A DNA stretch of 42,853 nt from Gammaproteobacteria bacterium (GTDB lineage: Bacteria > Pseudomonadota > Gammaproteobacteria > UBA9214). Where the stretch lies: positions 1 to 42,853 of the forward strand of contig JBAVKA010000034.1 in NCBI GenBank assembly GCA_049688075.1. The letters run 5' to 3'. Made by a program: the position numbers and the translations under genes. This document shows positions 1 to 9,701 of this stretch, in pieces. Under the pieces are notes generated by a model. The model ran no database searches. It was given only the letters and a program-made list of their open reading frames with translations, and was not told the DNA's origin. Each line of letters opens with the position of its first letter. Position 1 is the stretch's first letter.

Positions 1-119
1 CCGGACACGGACTCAAGGATCCGGATACGGCCATCAGGCAATGTGAAGGCGGCATGTTGACGGTGGACGCAAAACTCGATGCAGTGAAGCAAGCGATCCT
101 CGACAACATGGCGCCGTAG
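1..119 (+). CDS. thrC: threonine synthase, C-terminal fragment (gene begins upstream of the window)
   Basis: Open frame enters from the window edge and ends at TAG 117-119. It translates to GHGLKDPDTAIRQCEGGMLTVDAKLDAVKQAILDNMAP. G-LKDPDTA matches the conserved ThrC C-terminal motif as I recall it. It is absent from the ORF track because it has no start in the window. Confidence 0.5.
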   Translation, partial: GHGLKDPDTAIRQCEGGMLTVDAKLDAVKQAILDNMAP

Positions 120-196
120 TCTGATGAACCCGCACTCTTTTCCGGCCGGACTGGCGCACCGTTGTCCCTGATGGCTGTCCACTGTTCGCCGGTATC

Positions 197-1243
197 TTGA
201 CTGAAGCTTCCTGCCACCTGGTATTGGTGATTCCGGGTCTTTGCGGACCCTCTCTCGATACACCCGCCACCGGTTATTTTCCAACCACCCTGCCGGCGCT
301 CGAGCGGCTGCTGTCACGAGCCCGGGTTGTGGAACAGCCTGCCTCCGATCCGGAGAGCACGCTGGCCGCTTTCTTCCGGTTGCCTCACGGTGACGGCGAT
401 CAACTTGCGGTCGCCCCGTTGACCTGGCTGGACGACACCGGAGAACGGACAACGGGTTTTATCATGCGCGCCGACCCCGTTCATCTGCGCGCTGACCAGG
501 CCTGTCTGCGCCTATTCGACAGCACGACATTCGACCTGAATGCACAGGAGGCGCGTGATCTGGTGGCTACGTTAAACGACTATTACAGCCGGCAGGGCTG
601 GCAGCTGCATGCTCCGTTGCCGCAGCGCTGGTATCTGACCCTGAACGAAACACCGGAGCTTGTTACGGTGGCGCCCATGCGGCTCGCCGGCCGGGATATC
701 AGCGACGGAATGCCGCAAGGGAAGCACGCTGTCACCTGGCACGCCTTCCTGAATGAAGTACAGATGCTGTTCCATGAGCATCAAGTCAACCTGGCGCGGG
801 AGCAGCGCGGTGAACCCGCCGTCAACAGTATCTGGCCATGGGGCGGCGGGTACCTGCCCGGGCGGATTTCGACCACGGTCAACATGATGATAGCCGTCAA
901 CCCGCTGCCGCGTGGACTCGCGCGGCTGGCGGGGATCCCCTGTCGCGATTTGCCCGTGGATGCCACGGAGCTGATGGTGGAGTCGCAGGGCGGGCTCCAG
1001 CTGGTTTGGCTCGACCGGCTGGAGCGTCCCTCGCGCTATGGCGAGGTGGAAGCCTGGTACGAGGGGATCAGTCAGCTGGAGCAGACCTGGTTCAGGCCGC
1101 TGCTGGATCTGCTCAAGCAGGGGCGTGTCGATCGCCTGGATATCTATCCCGTCAGCGACAGACGTTACCAGATTACCCGGAGGGGTTTGCGGTGTTTCTG
1201 GAAGCCCGACCGGTCACTGGCCTGGCACTGCGGACATGTCTAG
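197..1243 (+). CDS. conserved hypothetical protein in the position occupied by rpfE next to recJ in Xanthomonas
   Basis: 348-aa ORF with a TTG start in the track. Its end overlaps the recJ start by 8 nt (ATGTCTAG), which suggests translational coupling. The composition is coding-like. The family assignment rests only on remembered synteny (rpfE-recJ-prfB-lysU). Confidence 0.65.
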   Translation: MTEASCHLVLVIPGLCGPSLDTPATGYFPTTLPALERLLSRARVVEQPASDPESTLAAFFRLPHGDGDQLAVAPLTWLDDTGERTTGFIMRADPVHLRADQACLRLFDSTTFDLNAQEARDLVATLNDYYSRQGWQLHAPLPQRWYLTLNETPELVTVAPMRLAGRDISDGMPQGKHAVTWHAFLNEVQMLFHEHQVNLAREQRGEPAVNSIWPWGGGYLPGRISTTVNMMIAVNPLPRGLARLAGIPCRDLPVDATELMVESQGGLQLVWLDRLERPSRYGEVEAWYEGISQLEQTWFRPLLDLLKQGRVDRLDIYPVSDRRYQITRRGLRCFWKPDRSLAWHCGHV

Positions 1244-2957
1244 ACGCATCCTCTCCCGTCCGTTGACCACGGATCCGAACCGGTTGCCGCCGGGAATGCC
1301 GGCGGTCCTGAAACGGGTGTATGCCGCGCGTGCCATTGAGTCCATCGGTGATCTGGATTACTCGCTGGACAGCTTGCTGCCGCCGGATCGCCTGGGCGGT
1401 CTGGATCAGGCCGTTGATCTGCTGGCAGAGGCTGTCAAGGCAGACTGGCGGATGATCGTGGTCGGCGACTTTGACGCCGATGGCGCGACCAGCTGCGCCC
1501 TGTGTCTGCGCGCCCTGCGCGGCATGGGTGCGACACAGGTGGATTATCTTGTTCCCAACCGCTTTGAATATGGTTACGGACTGACCCCCGAGATCGTCGC
1601 GGTCGCCGCGACGAGGCAACCGGATCTCCTCATCACCGTGGATAACGGCATCTCCAGCCTGGCGGGTGTCGCGGCCGCCCGGGAACGCGGCATTCGGGTG
1701 CTGATCACGGATCACCACCTGCCTGGTGAAGAACTGCCTCCCGCGAACGCTATCGTCAATCCCAGTCTTTACGGTGAAGGGATGCCCGGCAGGCACCTCG
1801 CCGGCGTCGGCGTGGCCTTTTATGTCATGCTGGCGCTGCGGGCTGGATTGCGCGCATGCGGCTGGTTCGCCCGGCGGGGACTTCACGAACCAAACCTGGG
1901 CCAGTTGCTGGATCTGGTCGCCCTTGGAACGGTGGCCGACGTGGTGCCGCTTGACCGTAATAATCGGCTGCTGGTGCAGCAAGGATTGCAACGCATCCGC
2001 GCCGGTCGCTGCCTGCCGGGCATACGGGCGCTGCTCGAGGCCGGCGGTCGAGTGACGACGCGCACTGTCTCGGCCGACCTCGGCTATGTCATCGGACCGC
2101 GCCTGAATGCCGCCGGGCGCCTGGAGGACATGTCACTCGGTATCGAATGCCTGCTGACGGACAATGAGGCCAGTGCACGTGCGATGGCTGCCCGGCTCGA
2201 TGTGCTGAATCGCGACCGCAAGGACATCGAGGCCGATATGCAGGCTCAGGCGCTGGCTGTCATTGAGTCACTGCTACCGGATACACGGGAACCGCCGGCC
2301 GGGTTCTGCCTGTTCGATCCACACTGGCACCAGGGTGTCATCGGCATCCTGGCGGGGCGCATCAAGGATCGCTTTCATCGCCCGGTGATTGCCTTCGCCC
2401 GCGCCGGCAAGGGCGAGTTGAAGGGATCGGCCCGCTCCATTGCAGGTCTGCATATCCGGGATGCCCTCGATGCGATCGCCACCCGTCATCCGGAACTGCT
2501 CAGCCATTTCGGCGGTCATGCCATGGCCGCGGGGTTAACACTGGCCGAGGAGCATCTCCCGGCGTTCGAGACGGCATTCGCTGCGGAGGTTGCGCGAGTG
2601 CTCTCGATGGAGGATCTGCAGGATGTCATCTACACCGACGGATCGCTTTCCGAGGAGGAACTTTCCGTGGCGACCGCGAAACTCCTTCGTGAGGCCGGTC
2701 CATGGGGGCAGGGTTTTCCTGCACCGCAATTCGATGGCAGATTCGCGATTCTGGAACAGCGCGTGGTTGGTGAGCGCCATCTGAAGATGGTTCTGAGGCC
2801 GGCGGGTGGCAGCCGTCGTCTCGATGGAATTGCGTTCAATAGCGGGGTTCAATCCACGACTGGCGGGCAGGTACGCCTGGTCTACCGCCTCGACGTTAAT
2901 GAGTTCCGGGGAGTCGAGAATGCCCAGCTGGTTGTTGAGCACATCGAATCCGGCTGA
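1236..2957 (+). CDS. recJ: single-stranded-DNA-specific exonuclease RecJ
   Basis: Has DHH-family motifs (VVGDFDADGATS, ITVDNG, ITDHH) and a GGHAMAAG motif. The start is set at ATG 1236 (MSRRILSRPL...), not the track start 1038, which would overlap the upstream gene for about 200 nt. Confidence 0.95.
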   Translation: MSRRILSRPLTTDPNRLPPGMPAVLKRVYAARAIESIGDLDYSLDSLLPPDRLGGLDQAVDLLAEAVKADWRMIVVGDFDADGATSCALCLRALRGMGATQVDYLVPNRFEYGYGLTPEIVAVAATRQPDLLITVDNGISSLAGVAAARERGIRVLITDHHLPGEELPPANAIVNPSLYGEGMPGRHLAGVGVAFYVMLALRAGLRACGWFARRGLHEPNLGQLLDLVALGTVADVVPLDRNNRLLVQQGLQRIRAGRCLPGIRALLEAGGRVTTRTVSADLGYVIGPRLNAAGRLEDMSLGIECLLTDNEASARAMAARLDVLNRDRKDIEADMQAQALAVIESLLPDTREPPAGFCLFDPHWHQGVIGILAGRIKDRFHRPVIAFARAGKGELKGSARSIAGLHIRDALDAIATRHPELLSHFGGHAMAAGLTLAEEHLPAFETAFAAEVARVLSMEDLQDVIYTDGSLSEEELSVATAKLLREAGPWGQGFPAPQFDGRFAILEQRVVGERHLKMVLRPAGGSRRLDGIAFNSGVQSTTGGQVRLVYRLDVNEFRGVENAQLVVEHIESG

Positions 2958-3072
2958 GCCGATACCGGCGGTCCGGTACGCCACCGCCGCCGTCCGGGCG
3001 TTGCTGGTCTCGCCTGAATTACAGTAGTATCATGAGTGGCTTGATATTTTTCACTTTGATGATTACTCCCAC

Positions 3073-4171
3073 ATGCCTGACCTGAATGCCTTACGTGCCC
3101 TGATCAAGGACCTTGACGGACGCTCGGCCGCCCTTAGGGGGTATCTTTGACCTCGATGCCAGGAGCGAGCGACTGACCGAGGTCAGCCGGGAACTTGAAG
3201 ACCCCGCCATCTGGAACAACCCGGAGCGTGCTCAGGAACTCGGGCGTGAGCGTGCCCGTCTGGAGGAGGTGGTACATCCCCTTGCCCGGATGTTCCAGGC
3301 ACTGCGAGACGCCGACGAATTACTGGAGGTTGCCGCAGAAGAGGGTGACGAGGAGAGTATCGGGGCGATCGAGGAGGATGTTGGTCGCCTGGAAACGGAT
3401 ATCGCGCGGCTGGAATTCCAGCGCATGTTCTCCGGCGAGATGGACCCCGAAAATGCCTTCCTCGATATCCAGTCAGGTTCGGGCGGTACCGAGGCGCAGG
3501 ACTGGGCGGAGATGCTGCTGCGGATGTATCTGCGCTGGGGTGAGCGCCACGGCTTCGCTACCGAACTGATCGAGGCCTCTCCGGGCGAGGTCGCGGGCAT
3601 CAAGAGCGCGACGGTCAAATTCGAGGGCTCGTATGCCTATGGCTGGCTGCGTACCGAAACCGGTGTTCACCGGCTGGTGCGCAAGTCGCCGTTTGATTCC
3701 GGCAACCGTCGGCATACCTCGTTCGCGGCGGTGTTCGTGTCCCCCGAAATCGCGGACGACATCGACATCGACATTAATCCGGCCGACCTGCGCGTCGATG
3801 TCTATCGGGCAAGCGGGGCCGGCGGTCAGCATGTAAACCGCACGGAATCGGCAGTGCGTATCACCCACGCGCCCAGCGGTATCGTGGTGCAGTGCCAGAG
3901 CGACCGTTCCCAGCATAAAAACAGGGCGACGGCCATGAAGCAGCTCAAGTCCAAGCTCTACGAACTCGAAATGCAGAAACGCCGCGTTGACCAGCAGGCC
4001 CTGGAAGACACCAAGTCGGACATCGGCTGGGGCAGCCAGATCCGCTCCTATGTGCTGGACCAGTCGCGTATCAAGGATCTGCGCACCGGCGTCGAGGTGG
4101 GCAACACCCAGACCGTGCTGGATGGCGATCTGGACCTGTTTATCGAGGCGAGCCTGAAGAGTGGGTTGTGA
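3073..4171 (+). CDS. prfB: peptide chain release factor 2, requires +1 programmed ribosomal frameshift at 3148
   Basis: Frame 0 runs ATG 3073 ... [25 protein letters not shown], then TGA at 3148-3150. The +1 frame continues from GAC 3149 (DLDARSERL...) to 4171. It contains SPF and GGQHVN motifs. The track shows only the downstream frame (3113..4171). Confidence 0.95.
3136..3151 (+). promoter_or_regulatory. prfB +1 frameshift site: internal SD-like AGGGGG, then TAT CTT TGA C
   Basis: The sequence AGGGGGTATCTTTGAC is identical to the E. coli prfB autoregulatory frameshift cassette. Confidence 0.9.
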
Positions 4172-4256
4172 AACGGGTATCCCTGTCACCGACTGTAGTT
4201 GGTGCTTTTTCGCATCGCGGCACCGACAGGCTCCTTGCTGAAACCAGGACGATCTC

Positions 4257-5744
4257 ATGAATGACCAGGAAGAACACGCCCTCATCGCCCAGCGCCGCGC
4301 CAAGCTGAACGCCCTGCGCGAGGCCGGCAATGCCTTTCCGAATGACTTTCGGCGTGATGCCATCGCCGGTGAGCTGCATGCGGAATATGATCAAAAGAAC
4401 AACGAGCAGCTGGAAGAATCACACCTGCGCGTCAAGGTCGCCGGGCGGCTGATGGCGAAACGCGTCATGGGCAAGGCCAGCTTCGCCCAGTTGCAGGACA
4501 TGTCCGGGCGTATTCAGCTGTTCCTGCAGCGCGATACCCTGCCGGAAGGTGTCTACCAGAACTTCAAGGGCTGGGACATCGGCGATATCGTGGGTGCCGA
4601 GGGTGTGTTGTTCAAGACCAGAACCGGCGAGTTGTCCATCAAGACCGAGTCGATACGGATTCTGACCAAGTCGTTGCGACCGCTGCCGGAGAAATTCCAC
4701 GGCCTGGCGGACCAGGAGATGCGTTACCGGCAGCGCTACATCGATCTCATCATGAACGAAGTCTCGCGTAACACTTTTCGCATGCGCACCCGGATCGTTC
4801 AGTATGTCCGCCAGTACCTTAATGACAGGGATTTCCTTGAAGTCGAGACGCCCATGATGCAGGCGATACCGGGAGGTGCAACGGCGCGTCCGTTTACCAC
4901 CTATCACAATGCCCTGGACATGGACCTGTTTCTGCGGATTGCCCCGGAACTGTACCTGAAACGACTCGTCGTCGGTGGTTATGAAAGGGTCTACGAAATT
5001 AACCGCAATTTCCGCAATGAGGGACTCTCGACACGCCATAATCCCGAATTCACCATGCTGGAATTCTATCAGGCCTATGCCGATTATCATGATCTCATGG
5101 ACCTGACCGAGGATTTGCTGGTCAGTATGACAATGGATCTGCTGGGTACTACCGGCATCGAATACCAGGGAAAACGCTTTCATTTCGGCAAGCCCTTCCG
5201 GCGCATGACGGTACGGGATTCGATTTTGCATTTCAATCCCGGCTTCACCCCCGGGCATATCGATGATCCGGACGCCGCGCGGAAACTGGCTGCCGGCCTG
5301 GGCATTGTATTGAAAGACAGCTACGGCCTGGGAAAGATCCAGGTGGAAATCTTCGAGAAGACGGTGGAGGAGCGCCTCGTCGACCCGACCTTCATTACCG
5401 CCTATCCGACGGAGGTCTCGCCGCTTGCGCGATGCAACGACGATAACCCGTTTGTTTCCGACCGCTTCGAGTTCTTCGTGGGAGGGCGCGAGATCGCGAA
5501 CGGATTTTCCGAATTGAACGATGCGGAGGATCAGGACGAACGTTTCCGCAGACAGGTTGAAGAGAAGGCCGCCGGCGACCTGGAAGCGATGCACTACGAC
5601 GCCGATTACATCCGGGCCCTCGAGCATGGCATGCCGCCTACAGCGGGGGAGGGCATCGGCATCGACCGGCTCGTCATGCTGTTTACTGATTCACCGTCCA
5701 TTCGCGACGTGTTGCTGTTTCCCCATATGCGGCCCGAGGTGTAG
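4257..5744 (+). CDS. lysS: lysine--tRNA ligase, class II
   Basis: 495 aa with an OB-fold N-terminal region and class II motifs ([20 protein letters not shown]). It follows prfB, as in many gammaproteobacteria. Confidence 0.97.
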   Translation: MNDQEEHALIAQRRAKLNALREAGNAFPNDFRRDAIAGELHAEYDQKNNEQLEESHLRVKVAGRLMAKRVMGKASFAQLQDMSGRIQLFLQRDTLPEGVYQNFKGWDIGDIVGAEGVLFKTRTGELSIKTESIRILTKSLRPLPEKFHGLADQEMRYRQRYIDLIMNEVSRNTFRMRTRIVQYVRQYLNDRDFLEVETPMMQAIPGGATARPFTTYHNALDMDLFLRIAPELYLKRLVVGGYERVYEINRNFRNEGLSTRHNPEFTMLEFYQAYADYHDLMDLTEDLLVSMTMDLLGTTGIEYQGKRFHFGKPFRRMTVRDSILHFNPGFTPGHIDDPDAARKLAAGLGIVLKDSYGLGKIQVEIFEKTVEERLVDPTFITAYPTEVSPLARCNDDNPFVSDRFEFFVGGREIANGFSELNDAEDQDERFRRQVEEKAAGDLEAMHYDADYIRALEHGMPPTAGEGIGIDRLVMLFTDSPSIRDVLLFPHMRPEV

Positions 5745-5940
5745 CTCACCCTCCGCGCTCAATATGCAGGTCAGGGCCACCACCTATTACCAGGCGGGAG
5801 AGACAGTCGGTTTTGCAGTACTGGGTCGAAATCGAATCATTGCGGCGTTCATCCGTGATTGTCGCGGTCAGGGGGCGTTCGGGGTTGAAGTCGCCTGCGC
5901 GCGGAGCAAAGACGGTTATGCCGTCAGTGTCAGTCGCAGG

Positions 5941-7527
5941 TCAACCCTGACTGTTCTGCGACAGGCGAACGACATCGATGTAGAGCTTCAGTCTTTGCCC
6001 GGGCTTGAGGTACTTTTGCTTCTCCAGTGAGTTCCATTCCTTCAGGTCGTTGACGCTGACGTTGAACTTCTGCGAGATGAGGAACAGGCTGTCTCCCTTG
6101 CGTACGGTGTAATTGACCGGCCTGACGGTGTTGCTGGCCAGCGTCGGGTTCTCCTGCTGACGGATGGTGAGTTGCTGTCCCGGTTTGATCGTTGTGCCGG
6201 AGGCGAGATTGTTCCATTGCGAAAGCTGTTTGACACTGACGTTGTAGGTGCGTGCAATCACCCACAGGCTGTCGCCGTTGTGTACCCGGTAGGTCAGGGT
6301 TTTCCCGGACGCCAGTACCGGTTTGTCCCTGACCAGAGAGGCGTAATGCGTGCTGTCCCGTGCGGCTACCGGGATAATCAGCTGCTGGCCGATACGGATA
6401 GTGTCGCCCCGCAATTCGTTGGTTCTACGCAGGACGGTTACCGTGGTGTCATAGCGATTTGCGATATGTCCGAGGGTCTCGCCGCGCAGGACCTTGTGGC
6501 GCAACCATTTGATCCGTTGCGAGGCCGGCAGGGCGGCGAGGTTCTGTTTGAATATATCGGATTTATCCACCGGGACCACCAGGCGGTGCGGACCTTGCGG
6601 ATGCATGGCCCAGCGGTTGAACCCGGGATTAAGCAGCTGCAGTTCCTTCGTGTCCATATCTGCCAGACTGGCGGCAACCGCGAGGTCCAGTTGAGCGTGT
6701 GTGTTAACGACCGTGAACCCGGGGGACTCGGCGACAGGTGACAGGTGCACGCCGTACTTTTCCGGTTGCCTGATGATGGTGCTGATCGCCAGCAGCCTGG
6801 GGACGTAGACCCTGGTTTCCCCTGGAAGATCCAGATGCCAGAAATCAACCGGCTTGCCCTTCTGCTGATTGCGTTTTATCGCCTGATGTACCGTCCCCTC
6901 TCCGGCGTTGTAGGCGGCCAGTGCCAGCAGCCAGTCGCCATCGAATGACTGTTGAAGATTGTCGAGATAATTCAGGGCGGCGTCCGTTGAAGCGACCACA
7001 TCCCTGCGCCCATCGTACCACCAGTCCTGCTTGAGCCCGTAGTGCGTACCCGTGCCGGGTATGAATTGCCACAGGCCGGCGGCATGCCCGTGCGAATAGG
7101 CATAGGGGTCGTAGCCGCTTTCGATAAAAGGCAGCAATACAATTTCGTTGGGGAAATCGCGTTTTCTGACCTCTTCATATATATAGGCCAGGTAGGGTTC
7201 ACCCCGTTGCAGGATGGTTTCCACCTGACGCGGCTCCCGGCTGTAGAAACTTATCTGTCTGGTAACTGATTCGCGTGGCTCTGCGGACAGGAGAAATCCC
7301 TTCCGCACCTGCTGCCAGAATTCACCACTGTCTGACCCTTCTCCACTAGTATCCTGTAGCGCAGCGGCCGGTTCCTGTGCAGAATCGGCATAACGGCCAG
7401 TTTCAAGTGTGTCTCCGTTGCTGTAACTGTCTTCGTATGGGGATGTGGGAGGCGGGGTGGTGAGTGATGTACAGCCGGTGGCCAGCAGAATGGCGGCGAT
7501 ACAAAGGCTGTCTCTAGGGGTTCTCAT
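5941..7527 (-). CDS. mltD: membrane-bound lytic murein transglycosylase D-like lipoprotein with three LysM domains
   Basis: Lipobox LLATGC near the N-terminus. SLT catalytic region (ESGYDPYAYSHGHAAGLWQF, AYNAG). Three C-terminal LysM repeats (HKVLRGETLGHIA.., YRVHNGDSLWVIA.., YTVRKGDSLFLIS..). Confidence 0.9.
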   Translation of the reverse strand: MRTPRDSLCIAAILLATGCTSLTTPPPTSPYEDSYSNGDTLETGRYADSAQEPAAALQDTSGEGSDSGEFWQQVRKGFLLSAEPRESVTRQISFYSREPRQVETILQRGEPYLAYIYEEVRKRDFPNEIVLLPFIESGYDPYAYSHGHAAGLWQFIPGTGTHYGLKQDWWYDGRRDVVASTDAALNYLDNLQQSFDGDWLLALAAYNAGEGTVHQAIKRNQQKGKPVDFWHLDLPGETRVYVPRLLAISTIIRQPEKYGVHLSPVAESPGFTVVNTHAQLDLAVAASLADMDTKELQLLNPGFNRWAMHPQGPHRLVVPVDKSDIFKQNLAALPASQRIKWLRHKVLRGETLGHIANRYDTTVTVLRRTNELRGDTIRIGQQLIIPVAARDSTHYASLVRDKPVLASGKTLTYRVHNGDSLWVIARTYNVSVKQLSQWNNLASGTTIKPGQQLTIRQQENPTLASNTVRPVNYTVRKGDSLFLISQKFNVSVNDLKEWNSLEKQKYLKPGQRLKLYIDVVRLSQNSQG

Positions 7528-7701
7528 AAGGCAGTTAACGACGCCGGCGACATCGGGCTTTAAGGAATATGTGTGATCTGGATCACATGGCGGGGGATGC
7601 CGTATTCAAACTGGCTATATATCCATGCATCCCGGCATGCATTAAACGGCGTATGCTGACAGGGCCGATAAACCAGGTCAATGCCGGATTTATGACAGTC
7701 G

Positions 7702-8511
7702 ATGCCGGCATCCCCGCACAGGATGCGGTATGATTTCGTCATGAACACACCGCTATCCCTGCCATCCAGAGCATCCTCGCTGCGCAGCTGGTACCGCCAC
7801 CCTCTGGGAAGGCTGCTGGCCGATGTCGAGCTGTCTGCACTCGCCGAGCAGCTTCCCGGTTTGTTTGGCTACCATCTGATGGTGGTTGATCCGCCATGGG
7901 AAACCTGTACCCTGTCGGACAGTCGCATACCGCATCATATTATCCAGCGGATACAGAAAGATTCCGGCAGCGAGACAGGCGTCGTTGGACATACCGACAC
8001 GTGGCCGGTAATGACGGATACTCTGGATGCCATTATCCTGCCGCATACCCTTGAGATAACCGTTGATCCACACCAGGTGCTGCGCGAGGCGGAGCGCAGT
8101 CTGATACCCGATGGACATCTGGTGATAATCGGGTTCAATCCCTGGAGTCTGTGGGGGATGCGTCGATTGCTGTCGTGGCGTTCGCAGGATATGCCGTGGA
8201 ATGCACGCTTCCTCAGCATGAACCGGATCAAGGACTGGCTCAGCCTGCTCGGATTCGATTCCCTGCATTTCCGTTATCTTTTCCAGCGGCCACCGATCCA
8301 GAATTCACGCATGCTGGGTCGTCTGCAGTTTCTCGAACCGACCCATGGCAATGACCGAATGCTTTTGGCCGGAGCCTATATTCTCGTTGCCAGAAAACGC
8401 ACGGTGATCCTGACGCCGCTCAAGGCGGTCCGCAACGGGCGTAGTCAATTGTTCCCGGTCGGTATTCCCACCTCGAGCCAAAGAAACATTCGGCGTGTCA
8501 GCAGAGGCTGA
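7702..8511 (+). CDS. class I SAM-dependent methyltransferase (YafS-like position)
   Basis: 269-aa ORF between mltD and rnhA, which is the syntenic position of yafS-type methyltransferases. An alternative start ATG 7741 (MNTPLSL...) is equally plausible. The 3' end overlaps the rnhA start. Confidence 0.8.
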   Translation: MPASPHRMRYDFVMNTPLSLPSRASSLRSWYRHPLGRLLADVELSALAEQLPGLFGYHLMVVDPPWETCTLSDSRIPHHIIQRIQKDSGSETGVVGHTDTWPVMTDTLDAIILPHTLEITVDPHQVLREAERSLIPDGHLVIIGFNPWSLWGMRRLLSWRSQDMPWNARFLSMNRIKDWLSLLGFDSLHFRYLFQRPPIQNSRMLGRLQFLEPTHGNDRMLLAGAYILVARKRTVILTPLKAVRNGRSQLFPVGIPTSSQRNIRRVSRG

Positions 8512-8932
8512 GATCTACACCGACGGCGCCTGTCGCGGCAATCCGGGTCGGGGCGGCTGGGGTGCGGTATTGCGTTACAAGGGGCATGAAAAGACCCTGT
8601 ACGGCGCCGAGCCGCTCACCACCAACAACCGCATGGAACTGATGGCGGCAATCCGTGCGCTCGAAAGCCTGAAGCGTCCCTGTCGCGTGCGTCTGACCAC
8701 CGACTCGCAGTATGTACAGAAGGGCATCACGGAATGGATGGCGAACTGGAAACGCAACGGCTGGAAGACCGCCGCGAAAAAACCGGTTAAAAACGCCGAT
8801 CTCTGGCAACAACTGGATGCGGCCATCGCCGGGCACCAGATACAATGGGAGTGGGTGAGGGGGCACAGCGGTCATCCCGAGAACGAACTGGCGGATGAGC
8901 TTGCCAACAGGGCGATCGATGAGCTTTTATAG
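8495..8932 (+). CDS. rnhA: ribonuclease HI
   Basis: [30 protein letters not shown] and [20 protein letters not shown] are RNase H type 1 catalytic motifs. GTG start at 8495. Confidence 0.95.
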   Translation: MSAEAEIYTDGACRGNPGRGGWGAVLRYKGHEKTLYGAEPLTTNNRMELMAAIRALESLKRPCRVRLTTDSQYVQKGITEWMANWKRNGWKTAAKKPVKNADLWQQLDAAIAGHQIQWEWVRGHSGHPENELADELANRAIDELL

Positions 8933-8961
8933 TCAGGGCTGTTAACCGAACAGGGCGAACG

Positions 8962-9693
8962 ATGCGACAGATCATACTTGATACCGAGACCACGGGTCTC
9001 GAGCCATCCGACGGGCACCGTATTATCGAAATCGGCTGTGTCGAACTGGTGAACCGGCGGATCACCGGGAACACCTATCATCAGTACATTCAGCCTGATC
9101 GCATAATCGATGCGGGCGCCAGGGAAGTGCACGGGATAACCGACCAGTTTCTGGCCGACAAACCGCGTTTTGCCGACATCGCCGGGGAATTCCTGACATT
9201 CATACGAGGTGCGGAACTCATCATACATAATGCGCCCTTTGATGTCGGGTTCATAAATCACGAATTTGCCCTGCTCGGCAAATCGGTGGGACCTCTTTCA
9301 GAACACTGCACGATCGTTGACACCCTGGCGATCGCGCGCCGCCTGCATCCCGGGCAGAGAAACAACCTCGACGCCTTGTGCAAGCGCTACCAGATAGACA
9401 ATTCACAGCGTGACCTGCACGGCGCGCTTCTGGACGCCGAAATACTCGCCGATGTCTATCTGGCAATGACCGGCGGACAGGCTACGCTGTCCCTGGACAG
9501 TCGCAGCGATATGCACGGAGAGAAAACCCATTCGATACGGCGACTGCAACCGGATCGGCCTCCCTTGCGGGTTATACAGGCCGGCGCCGGGGAACTCGAG
9601 GCGCACGGTGCGCGCCTGGATGCAATTGACCGGACGCATAATGGCGCCTGTATCTGGCGACGGCTGGAGGAGCAGCCGGACAAGCCCGACTGA
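8962..9693 (+). CDS. dnaQ: DNA polymerase III epsilon subunit (3'-5' proofreading exonuclease)
   Basis: Has the ExoI, ExoII and ExoIII motifs: ILDTETTGL, IHNAPFDVGF, HGALLDAEILADVY. Confidence 0.95.
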   Translation: MRQIILDTETTGLEPSDGHRIIEIGCVELVNRRITGNTYHQYIQPDRIIDAGAREVHGITDQFLADKPRFADIAGEFLTFIRGAELIIHNAPFDVGFINHEFALLGKSVGPLSEHCTIVDTLAIARRLHPGQRNNLDALCKRYQIDNSQRDLHGALLDAEILADVYLAMTGGQATLSLDSRSDMHGEKTHSIRRLQPDRPPLRVIQAGAGELEAHGARLDAIDRTHNGACIWRRLEEQPDKPD

Positions 9694-9701
9694 TATTCCA
9701 T

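Noticed and set aside
1038-1235. N-terminal extension of recJ in the ORF track (start at 1038), and the overlapping 838..1266 ORF.
   Set aside because: The extension would overlap the upstream 348-aa gene by about 200 nt. Its sequence (MARWKPGTRGSVSWSRPGSG...) is not RecJ-like. ATG 1236 gives a canonical RecJ N-terminus.
5745-5940. About 62 stop-free codons continue in the mltD frame after its TGA (…TDGITVFAPRAGDFNPERPL…HIERGG), and an overlapping plus-strand ORF runs 5521..6030.
   Set aside because: The minus-frame stretch contains no start codon. GC3 is similar in both strands. An open stretch of this length is not improbable by chance at this GC content. MltD already has a complete domain set. 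Only a relative with a longer MltD would revive the idea of a recent nonsense mutation.
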